A DNA stretch of 64,000 nt from Tubiluchus corallicola. Its lineage: Eukaryota; Animalia; Priapulida. This document shows, piece by piece, positions 38,314 through 50,700 of the stretch. Position 1 is the stretch's first letter. Each line of letters begins with the position of its first letter. The notes beneath the pieces were generated by a model that was not told the DNA's origin, made no database searches, and saw only the letters and a program-made list of their open reading frames with translations. The position numbers were made by a program, and so were the translations under genes. The DNA lies in contig JAQGDQ010000031.1 in NCBI GenBank assembly GCA_030141605.1, positions 62,001 to 126,000 on the forward strand, read 5' to 3'.

Positions 38314-39238
38314 GTAAATACGGACAATCGACAAATTCGGACCGACGTCTCCCTGCTTTTGTCTAGCAAACCAAGATATTAGTGTATAATATTCTAAAGG
38401 AAGCTGATTTTTTAGGAAAAGAAAAGGTTTTGCACGTAGCCGGTCTATCATAAAGTATTAGAGAGCAGTCTGCTTTTCAGATTGCTAGGCAAAATGTGTT
38501 CCTAAATTGTAGAATCCATTTTTGAAATTATCAGACACTATTAAATGGAGTAACCAGTACAGATTAATTTCTATTAAAGAAAAGCAAGGTAAAGCAGATA
38601 TAGGCCAATTGCAACTTGAAGACTCTCGCCTGGTATGAATTTCAAATCGTAGTTCTGACTACCTTAGATAACCAAACCTTGCATATATGTCAGATGTCAA
38701 ATCCTCAATTGAAGTCTTATAGCTGCAGACCAGCTCTCTCGAAGGCCACTGCTTATTCAGCCTATTTTTGAATATCATATTTTTGAATTGATAACTGAAA
38801 ACTCACTGACTTTATCGTAAATGCAACGACGAATACTTGTACTTAAATTTATTCAAATCGGTATTTTTAAAACATCGTTACTTCTCAAATTTAGATTGTA
38901 AACAGGAAATTTTATAGATTCTCAATCTAAATTGAGAACATGAGTTCCAGCTTATACTTATAGTTATAGTATAGGTTGACGACGAGTACAACAAGCATTA
39001 CTGTGACAGTAAAGTTACGTAGGATACCGTACCAAGAGACAAGCATACCAGGATCAGGTCATAATCAAAATAACACAGACTCGTTAACGCCACACATCAT
39101 TACTAGATTTACATTGTCTACACCGTACACGAAGTACACCACACTTGGAAAGACATCAGGAAGAACCTGATAAGGATTTACATTTCGGCCGCTACTCCTC
39201 TGATATTGATAAGTCGGTCGAGTTATATAAACGCTTAC

Positions 39239-41583
39239 CACAAACTGCTTTATAATACTTATTTTACCATCAGAAGTTTAATTTCTTTAACTTTCATTCA
39301 CTTATTGCAAACAGCAGTACAAGTTATATACGCGCTAAGATTCTGCTGCCATCTATCCCAAGTCATAAAAAGCAAGGTTATAGATATAAAATAATAACGT
39401 ATTTAAGTGGCTCGTCGGCGGGTTTGTTTCATAATTATTATTAACAGTGATATAAAACTTTAAAGGTCGCTTTACTTTACAAGGCTAAACAGAAAATCTA
39501 GGACGTGCTGGCTTTGCGAAGCAAATAATAACATAGTTGTTTTGTGACTAAAGCAATGTTACTCTTGTGGTCCGCTCAAAATCTACTATTAAAATGGAGA
39601 CCCTAAACTAAACATGTGACAGGCTGATAGCCCAAGTACCATTGTAGTTGTGTGGGTGGTCAAATTCCACTGCCCTTTCCTCATTCACAATCCAGATTTT
39701 ACTCACAAAATTAAGTGACAAGGTGTCCTCAGCTCTCTCTCTCTCTCTCCAAAGAAAACAAATTTGTTTTGATTATTACACACGGGTTCCCCTACTTTGC
39801 TAACCAATCACTTAGAGCTACTGATCGAGAAGAACCCCTCAGTTAGGTCTGAATTTTGGATGACCCATCTTTCAGTTAAAACTTCTAGAGTTTGGAACGA
39901 TGCCATGGGTGCACCTTCCAGAATCACTTAGAATTGTCCTAGATACTTATTTATGATATGCTGTATTCCTTTATACATGCTTCAAAAATAATTTTTCTTG
40001 GAACTTTTTACATTTTGATCACAAACTGATACAGTGATATATTGGCACATCTAGCTCGTGTACATCGAGCAAATTCACTAATTAATGGTCAATTATTCCA
40101 CATGTATTGCGAATTATCTATATTCTTGAAGCATTATACCTTTACATAATTACGTTGCCTTATGTTATATTGGCAAAGTAATCTTCTACCTATAATACAT
40201 ATATTATAGCATTATATATACATATATAATGAAAGCCCAAATGTAAGAGGATTGCAATTTTTTTGCAGTCCAATGTTTATTCCAACATTTTCTTAAAAAC
40301 ACCTACACCATCTCATTGTAGTAATTCATGAACTTTAATTCGATTATATCAATTAGCAAAACCACATGAGCCCAATAGCTTTTGCCGAGCTGTTGACTAG
40401 GTTTGTTAATTTAGTCGTTTAAATTTTGAACGAATAGCGTATCATCAAAATTTAATGGCACTTTGGAGCTCATACTATATCGAGGAATCTTATCTATATG
40501 CAACTTGTTTTATTAAACTTGTAAACCTAATTCACAGGTATTCTCCACATAACTATTATTATTAGCTGACCATATTGCATCAATAATTACATTACACAAC
40601 AATTGAAGAATGTTCACCGTGATTCCGACTTTTCGTTGTTATGTTCATATATCTCTTGTTAGATATATACAGATCTTATTTTAATGATGAAAAGTACAGT
40701 GTTCTTGAAACGCGGTCGTGTACAATAATAATTTTTATGAATAATGCTGTAGGATTTTACATAAAAATCAGATGATTCTTGACATAAATATTTATAATTA
40801 TGTCATTGTTTGTTTTAGCTAAATCTTAACGCACCACAAGCGATTATTGGACAGCCACTGATTTAAGCAGCATCGGACGAACCAGTCAGGGATTAATATA
40901 TATGGCACTAGAAAAGATTTGAGAAACAGTTATAAAAGTTAATAATAGACTAAATTACATGAATGTTTACAACTTCATATCAAAGGTCTGACAAGGTTCA
41001 TTATGATTCTTATGTCATTTGGAACTCCTGGAGGAAAATGAAATGACATGGATTACAATTTGTCAGCTAGCGTACAGATCATTCTTGCGGATTTAGCGAT
41101 CAACTATTTGCAGTGTGATTAAAGAATTCGATTCGTGAATTTTACCTTCTATAGTGACAGTGTACGGCATTACACAAAAGTTTAAGTTTTTTGCTTTCGC
41201 CCATTCACCCTACACAGCTTGCTGAACAGCCAAATTACTTAAAAACGTCCAAATGTAGTGCAGCAATTGTTATGCTCGCTTTTATTTAAGTAAAACTTTT
41301 TTGCCCACATTGTTAAGTCAGTCTAGTACTTCAACTAAAAATGAATTAAACAAACTAGCACTAAATATGCTATAGAAACTATAAATGGATTTCTTTGTTG
41401 GTCTTGTCGGCACTACTTGAAATCGGTTACTATGGCGGATTGATTTAAATACAGTCGGTCGTTCTTCGCGAAGTAAATGTTGTAAACTGTGGACAAGTGA
41501 AAGTTGTGCATTAATCTTTGTTGTTGTAATATTGTATGATATTTTATTGCACAAACTAGACAAAAACAAATAGATACGGTGCA
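39239..41583. promoter_or_regulatory. Divergent promoter region shared by NUP50 (-) and PHF21A (+)
   Basis: Lies between the two head-to-head genes. A minus-strand donor (gtg|gtaagc, ~39233-39238) suggests a non-coding NUP50 first exon. CpG-containing patches occur at ~39180-39420 and ~41400-41470. Confidence 0.5.
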
Positions 41584-44500
41584 ATGGACTTGGATAACAT
41601 CCAAGGCAAGTTAAAGATTGCTATCCAGAATCATCAGGTACGTTGAATGGTACAGTAGTGTCTTATTGTGACGATACTATTCACAGTAGGTATCTGGCGT
41701 CGGTACTCATTTGTCATTGTTATGGTAAACTTAGAAACAGTGGATCGATCTCATTCTCTATTAGCTTACGTTGTAACTTCTAAGTTTAAAAATCGACATT
41801 TTGATTTCTCGACAAAATTGATGTCAATTATAGAGTTATACCGAATTGATTTTTGTTTTTTATGATTTGTTTGGCTGGATGGCTAGAGAAGTCATATTGT
41901 AATGTGGGTTTAATTCCATATTGATAATAAACTTGACGCAATTTTAAAATAGGATTTTTATTTCAGGTTGTTGTGGCTAAAATGAAGCAGGGAACTCTGG
42001 TAAGTAAGACAAAGAGTTAAGGTATTTAATTTGATGCAACCATGGTTTTAAATTCTATAATTCTTTGCCGTAAACCTAACTGTAGTTTAGATTCATCTTT
42101 TTCAGCAATTTTGTGCAATAATGTTAACTAATTGGTAATTTACTGTGTGTTTTTAGGACCCTGGCTTACAACAAAAGTTGCATGATTTGCAAGAGGAAAT
42201 TATGAACTTGTCAGAAAAGCAGGTATTACAGTTTCTTTACAACTATAAAGTTTAATATAGGTTTTTTTAAAATGTGATATCTTTGAAAAACCTGTGCTAA
42301 AATTTATGATTATTCTTATGATTAGGTATGAAATTACATGTATCAATTTAAGTTAATTGAAAGCACAGTGGAAGAAGCTGTCTGCTGAAAAGTTTGTTCT
42401 ACGGCCCAATTAGGATCTGATTTTTAAAAAGTAATATGGTGCCTCTACATATTACTACAAAGGGAAAGTAACCTGCTATGCTACTTGCTATGTTAATTGT
42501 ATGATTAAGGAGAACTGTATATTTACAAGACTGCTGAAATATTTAATGAACTTTTCACTTCAGCTAGCTTTCTAAATTTGTCAGTGTTCAAACTCTGTAT
42601 CTATTTTGGTGATTTATTTAAACTTGAGACCTGTATGTGGTTTAAAGTTTAAATCCGACTGTATACACAAATAATAACACATTATTCTAAGTCTAGATAC
42701 TTGATTCTAACTCGGAAAACATGATTTCTCTATGAATATTTAGTGAAAATGTTTGTTTATGTCTCTTTTGTTTAAGTCTACTCTGCATGGACTTGGAATT
42801 CACCTTGAAAACATCTTTGCCACTGTGAAAGTAAAATGATAAGTTTGTTAGAAAACTTTTTAAATTGGATCTATTTAGCTGAATTTCAGTAATATATATA
42901 TCAGTTGTTTGTTAAAAAAAATTAAAATGAAGCGTGAACCAAAAAAATTTTGTTCCGACGATTAAGGAAGGACGAGGACGACATTTTTCAGTGTCTACTC
43001 TCTCGAACTTGTTTAGTGGGACATTTAAATGTAATCAGCTGCAGTTACAAAGTCTCCTGCGAGAACAAAGTTCTGCTGCGCTTGGAAGCTGCTGCTATTG
43101 CTGCTGCAGATCGATAATACTAGTGACAGGTTGTACATCTCATAGTTGTGCTGTTACGTTTGTGTTGCACCCCCTCACGTAGTGTATTTTGATTATTATG
43201 ATTAAAAGGATAGTTATGAGTAATGCGAAAAAAATGTCGGTCTTGACAAGTTTATTTTGTAGCTTAATTAAACTAATTACAGCAATTGAGCACGTCATTA
43301 GATATTTTTAAGCTTGCATCAGAGTTCTGATGGGTGATGACTTATGTTTTAAAATTTGTTTTCATAATTTTCACTTCTTCGGCTTGTGCGTGGGTTAAAC
43401 TTAAATGCCTTTTGCTTTGATAATTTTTTTAGACCGCTTTACTAGTTTCTATTTAGATCACAAGCCAAGTTGTTACAACTTTTTAGTTACAGTGGACATA
43501 AATTATATTATGTAATATGCTTTTTTCAGCTTTAACTTTTATTTGTATAATAAAATATTTTTAAGTTTAACTCACGTATGCTTTCATTTCTTAAATAGTA
43601 ATTTAAATTTCAATTACCACGCTTCAATGAATTAAAATATAAATCAGGACTTAAATTTTCTGTCAACTAGCCTTCCATTGTGAAACGTACCCATCAAATG
43701 TTTTTGTAGTGGCTTAAGTTTAATATTATTCTGATCGGGCAGCGCGTGCTTCGTAGTCTTTGTTCACCAATAGTGGCGGATCCAATTACGGAAGCACGCA
43801 CTTAACAAATTTTTCCCTTTTTTTCACTTTTGTGATCTTTTATTGCTGTTGAAGCAGTTTTGCACAGTGAGTTAATCATACAGTAAGAGATGTGTGTAGT
43901 AATGAGTAAAAACCGCGCCGAATTTTATCGTTTGCGTTTTTCGGATGTATAACGGTGTCAACTATTATCACAATAATTCTAGTTCGGGGGAGTTGACAAT
44001 AAATGGATCGGCGGCGCAAGCACCGCGGCTGCGCTTGCTGTTGTGTAAGACTGAGGAACCGCTTCATACAAGTTGTGGGCTTGTGTAGCATTCGCTCTTT
44101 GCTCTGTTTTAGGTATAAGATGCTGTAGTGTGAAAGACAGCCGGATATTGGCGGTATTTGTTAGGGGGAATAAATACTAAAGTCCTATTGTATGCTAAGT
44201 AATGAACTTGCTACGTACAGCATAAATATAAAACTATTTTGACCGGTTTTTGTAATTAATTCTCTTTTATTTCACAACAACCAACTTTCTGTACGTTTGA
44301 CTGCTGGGCTTTAAAGTTTCAACTTCGTGAAATTGCCTTTTTAAGCTTAGTAAATAACACCACTTGAAAAAGTTTGACATTTTCTATTTGGCTTGCATGT
44401 GATTTTATAAATTATGCCAATTTAATTTTTGTCTGTATGTGTGTGTGTTTCAGTGTCTATATCAAAAACAAAACGTTAAGTGTAAATCATTATCGCAAGC

Positions 44501-44663
44501 GCTTTCATTTTTATTGAGTGCTTAAGGTGGTTTGCTATTTTAAGATTTAAAATTGGGTATTAAAAATTGCATGAACGATACTGTGTTTAGAGAAAATGAA
44601 GTTAAAATGTTATTATTAAGGCTTTTTTCAATTTGCCCTCATTACTTAGCTCATTAATTACTT

Positions 44664-44701
<38 letters not shown>

Positions 44702-47700
44702 CTTTGTTTGGACACGTGACAGTGGTTAACTTTTTTTAGTCTTATGCTGAACTCTCCATAATAGAAAGCAAATTTCATTTTTGCTTCACATTTACCTGGT
44801 TTTTATTCTGGCGCTATTCTCTTTTTAATAGTTTTTATATAAAGTTGATTACTTGTAACAACTTCAGTGTAATAAAATCATACAGTTAACTTTGTGGGTT
44901 ATGCTGTCAAGTTATGTTTATTGTTTTTTACTTACTGTATTAATTTACTTTCATTAAATACTTTTCATTTTAGAAACAGGTTGTCCAGGAATTAAGAAAA
45001 GAATTTGCTCTACAGGGACTTATTAAAAATGAGGTGAGCATTGACATTATGTGCAAGTGCAGTTTACGCACAACCACCTTTGAGTTTTTTATATAACCAC
45101 TGTTTGCTATGCACTGAAAATAGCTATGTTTGTTACCTTAATATATCTAGAACTGGTTCTAAAGGTTTATATTAGATTTTAAATTTTTTCAGTAACTGAA
45201 ATTGGGCTATGATTATGTATGTAATTGAATACTTGGTTTGTATAATTGAGTTATTGACAATGAGAACAAAAATTTTCAATTGCTTTATGTTGGAAAGGCA
45301 GTTGGGCATCATATAGAAGTGGCCGTTATTAAAGCTCAAATAATCTTTTGTCTGACTAAATGCATGTCTGAGCAGGTCAAAAGTGTAATATAATTTTAAA
45401 ACCAGTGCACTTGGTGCCTCCTCATACAAAGAAACATTTACGTGATTAAAATAGGAGCACAAACTATAATGATATCATAGCACGCGTCAGTAAATATTTC
45501 ACTTAATCATATTTTTTGTTACAAGTTTTGTGTATTTTGTAAAAGTTGAAAAAATAAACTACTTATAAAATACACCGTAGATGCTATGACATTGGTATCC
45601 CATTAGTTTAACTCCAAGTTAGTGAAGATACAGAAAGTTGAAAACCAAAATTATAAACTAATTCTATGATAGTTCAACAGATTGCAAAGGAACCAGTTTA
45701 TTTTATATAGTTGTTTCAAATTTCAATACATCATTTATATAGTCAAAGCCATTCAAAAGATAGAAGTGCTAGCTTCTTTAGAAATCATTCACAATCCCAC
45801 TATAAGTTTTCGACTGTAAGTATGTAAAGATTATATATTCATATGAACTAATTAAAGCAACATTTTTGTTACAGAATGCTGATAACAACAATAAATTGCC
45901 AAGTCCGCAGTCTCATCGTAAGATTGCTCCGATGCCTTCCCCGCAGCCTCTAAATATTTCTACAACAGTCAGCACTAATCACGGAAGCTCTATGATACGT
46001 GTACCTCAATATAGTCCAGTACCTCGTCCATTAACATTAATGCTACAGGTAGAAACAGCCAGTTTTCCTGTTTTTCTACGTAAACAAAAATATTATTCGA
46101 AAGAAATTGCACTGGTCAGTGCTAAACGCACATAATTAATATATTTTAAAGTATGCTGTGTGGCAGATGAGCCTTACTATATTGAGCAGAGTATTCACAG
46201 TGTGTGTGGTTGACAACAATAAGCAACACTAAGGTTGGTTAGTAAATGAATTGGTGTACAGAATGTAAATTGCAGTTGAACCAGAACCATTCAGCTTTAG
46301 TAGCTTGAACTGCACACTGTAAGCTCTAATCCAGGGCAGAGCCATTTGGTGTTGGGTTTGATTGTGCACTATGCGGAATGTAGTGGCGGCTCGTGTATAT
46401 GCACTGTGGAACTGCAACACACCCTATTGCCACTAGAAAATTTTTGCTAATATCCACTATAATGAGTCTTTTCTCTTTAATTCTTTTTTTTATACTTGTA
46501 CATATTTGTAAATCCTTGTTTGGAATTAGATTACGTGACAGAACTGTGCGCTTCACAGGTCCAGCAATGTGGTGTTTGGCTGTTGAGCTCATGCGGCCGT
46601 GCACACATGTCTCAGATAAGATGAACACTCTCACTGTCGCTTGGGCAGTGTTGATCAACGAGAAAATTAGTAATCTTTTTGCACAAAGTAAAACAAGAAG
46701 AATCGATTTTGTTTTTAAATGAATGGATCAATTTAAACTTAAATTAAAGCACAAGGAAACCCTCCACTTACATAAGGCTTAAAAAATTCGTCCCAAAATT
46801 CTATACCACGTACTACCTTTTTGTATGCATGACTTGCATCGGCCGTAACGCTGTACAAAACGTGTAAATTTAAACTCCCGCGATGACCGTTAGGTGCAGC
46901 CATTTTAATAGTAGGTCGTTTAAAATAAGTTTTGGTAAAATTGAGTAAAGTTTGAAAAAATAATCAGAGCATTCGTATCATACATGTTGCTAATTAAGTA
47001 AAATTTTAAATTACTGTATCTTGTCAATAAGATTAAAAAATACATTTTGGACTCACCTGGAGGGTGAGTCAGCGACATTTTGCCAGTTGGCACAAACATT
47101 TTAAATTATTAGTCTAGTTACATAAGTCTTTCCAGTAGGTAAGTGAAATGCTAAGTAATATAGATTTGCACGGAAAGTTTTCTGGGTCATAATATAACAT
47201 TGCCTTTTCTTCCCCTGATTTATGTGTTTTAGTGCCGTCATGTAATGGCGCCGTCGGAACAGTATTGCGGGAGATTTAAAATGAAAACAAACGAAAATTC
47301 CTTTCAATGGGACTACGATATGCGCATAAAATTGCTGTAAAGTAATGTAATTTTTTAAGGTGATTTTTCTGAAACCTATTTCAGGTGCCCCTTTTCTTGT
47401 CCTTTAACTTAATAAATTAGTTTATGAGATGAATTTAACTTGAACTGTAACAATTTAGGCTGTTAGTAAGTAAAAAGTATTTTTTGTTTAGGATTTTATC
47501 AAATTTTCTTTTTATATGTTTGTTTCTTTTTATACAATGTTGAAATAATGGCTAAGCAGCACCTCCATCTAATCTTAGCTACGAGTCACCACTGCTGAAA
47601 TTTATTAAAAAATTGAATAATTTTGATTCAATATGTCACTGTATATGGGTAGTAGCTTGTTTTTGTCTGAGTTTTAAACCTACACGTTTAAAGTCACTGT

Positions 47701-50700
47701 ATTTTGTTTTTATTTACAAAAGTACAGTTATTTTATTAATATGTGGAACCTTAAACTGTTCTTTCAGAAGAGTGCAAACTCACCACATTCTCACGCATCT
47801 CCATCAGCGAAACTGAAGTCATCAAAACAACTTTCTCCGCAGCTGCAGCAGCACTTCCAGTCATCGTCGGTACAGTCACCGGCAGCGGATGCTCCAGTGA
47901 ATATAGAGGGCATCAATGTAGGACTCGATCAAAAGGATCAGTTTTTAGCTAATCTCGGCCTTGTCACCAAAACAGTCTTAGAAGGTGATTTTACCAACTT
48001 AATTGTATTGTTTATGTAGTCATTAAAAAGGTTAGCAACAAATTGTAAGGGTTAGTTCAAACCTTACATGCTAGTGTTGCTTTTACTTGTATGAATCTCT
48101 CTTTGTTTAGAATTGCAAGCAAAGAGACAAGAACGAAAGAGAAGAACGACAGCCAATCCTGCTTATAGTTGGGTGGAACCTGACGTATGTATATTATAAA
48201 TGCATCAATTGTTGAGAATTATTATATTGTTTGTATATAGAAAGGTTAGTAGAATTTTGTTTGTAGGACTTTGTTTGCCTGAACATTGCCAGAGCCAAAA
48301 CAAACATCAGTTTAGCATACTATTAACTTTGAAGTTTATGTGTCACGGTGAACTTCTTGTTCGTGCATATTTATCAAAGTAATGAATAGACCATAAAATA
48401 TAGGTAATGCAGCTTTAAATTTCTCTTGCCTTTGCAGAGAAAAATAGTGAAGAATTATTTGTCCACCTCAACGTCACCGTTGTCATCAGCATTTAAAAGA
48501 CCAAGAGGTAAGTAAACTCATTTAAACTTTTTTTGACTGCTGAGTGTAAAATGTGTTAAGTTTTATCTGTGTATAAAATACTGTTTACAAAATTGTTTAT
48601 TTAAATTGTAATAAAACATACTTTAAAATAAAAAATGAGCATATTGTTAGAAAACAGAGAAACTGTTTGCTGCTGTTGCCTGTTCTCGGACTACCTAACA
48701 AAAATTATTGCATTTTCCTAAGCATTCCCCAATTGATTAATCCGTAATTTCTTTTATTTACAATAATCAAATGAAAAATAAAATCTATAATAATTATATT
48801 TTGAACAATTTTTTTTTAATAAACTTAATCAATTTGTCTGGTTAAATACGATCAAGGAAACAGTATTAATCTACTTCATTATTTATTTACTTTCCTGATG
48901 TTCCCTTCTTGGGTTGTTGTCCGGTATGCATTACTTCTCGACTTACTTCTATGGCTTACTTCATGAGCTAGTAGTGCATCAGTGGGAATTATTTGTGGAA
49001 ATAATTCTGATTTTTTTTTGAACAGGGCGACCACCAAAGACAGGAAATGGTTCTCCTAGTGACAGCAGGTCGAGTACGCCAGATAGCAGTGAAGTCACTA
49101 TAAATGGGGTTACTAATGGCAGCTATGTAACAGATAAGATGGTGAGTAGTACACAGTTTTAATTTTAGGCTAAATTGTAGCAGCTTGCAACTATGTAAGT
49201 CACACTAGATTTCCAGGACTTTTGGCATCGTAGTCTCAAATTATATAACTTTATTTGATCAAAAAACTCGATAAAGTAAAATCAAATTACAATGGTTATT
49301 TAAATCTACAGGTTGTAAGAGAATAGGTGAAATATAACTTTACTTGAGTATATACAGTTATGATTTGGCAACGAAAATTAGGAAACACTAGATTTAGGTT
49401 GCTTAAATGCAGTCAAAGATCTTCCCCTACCACAAAGTAACAGCAAGTGATGTTACTATATACCATTATGTTTGGTGTAAAACATATTTAGGTCGTAGAT
49501 GTAACACTTAAGTAACAGTAATGCCTTGGCTGGTAGGGCTTTAAAATCACTAATAAGCTTTCAAATCAGTAATAAAATGCGGCCTCACAAAGATCATGCA
49601 TACTTCTTGATTTTTTCAGTAAGATAATGTAATTTTTTTATATCCGGTAATAATTTGCTGAAAAATTGTGCACAGAAATGGGAGTTAAATTTCATATGAT
49701 GCTGCAAAACATTTTAATGATAAGGAACATTATGATAGAGAAATTGCTGAATTATTCGAATCTATAATTTTAGGTTATATTCAAATTCGACCGTTTGAAC
49801 TGAAATGCTCACCTCACCTCACCACATTACCATACATTGTGTTCTGAAACTTAACACCTTGTCTAACAGCAATCGATGTTACTATACTATTATGAGAAAA
49901 TTTATTTCAAAAAGGTAACACTATGAATAACAATGATTCAGTAAGCAATGTTATCATGCATAATTATTTGGCCCAGTATGGTAATTAAATTATAAACGTA
50001 ACAACACGGGCAATGAACAATATTAACATGCATTGTTGTTTGGTGAAATATGAAAATTGGATCGTAAACACTGTCCGTATCGGTGATCGTCTTTATCCTA
50101 CACTATCATCAGCTGTTTAGTTAGTTGCCTTCTCAAATCTTTCTTTTTTCTTTAGGGTGTAGCAACATTCAAAACTTTTCCCTTTTCTTCTGCTCATTCC
50201 CGTGAAATTGCCCACGAAACAGCCTGCAGCGAGTGCCACAGAAGTGGCCAGCTTCTTCCTTGTGATGCCTGTCCCAAAGTCTACCATCTCCATTGCCTGT
50301 CACCCCCACTGTCAACTACACCCAAAGGAGTGTGGTGCTGTCCGAAATGTCAGGTAATGATTGTGGTATTTGTTGCATGTCTGAATGCTGTATTGTTATT
50401 GCAATCCTGTGTTTAGTTGTTTTTTTTCATATCGTTGAAACTTCAAAACTTTTGTTTTATATTGTGGAAGTCACATTGTTGAAGATTTTGTTTGTTAACT
50501 GTTCATGGTTTAGTGGTGCCAATCATAATGTCCAGTGTCCGGCCATAACCTTTCACCAAGCTTTGATATCAGGATGTATAATTTTTTATACAAGTTCTGA
50601 AAATGCATTGTAATTTTCAACCAGTTGATTATTTATGATCATTGTTAGTATATCTATGATAGGATGATGCAGTTTTGGCAAAACTTGGCTATAACTGTAA

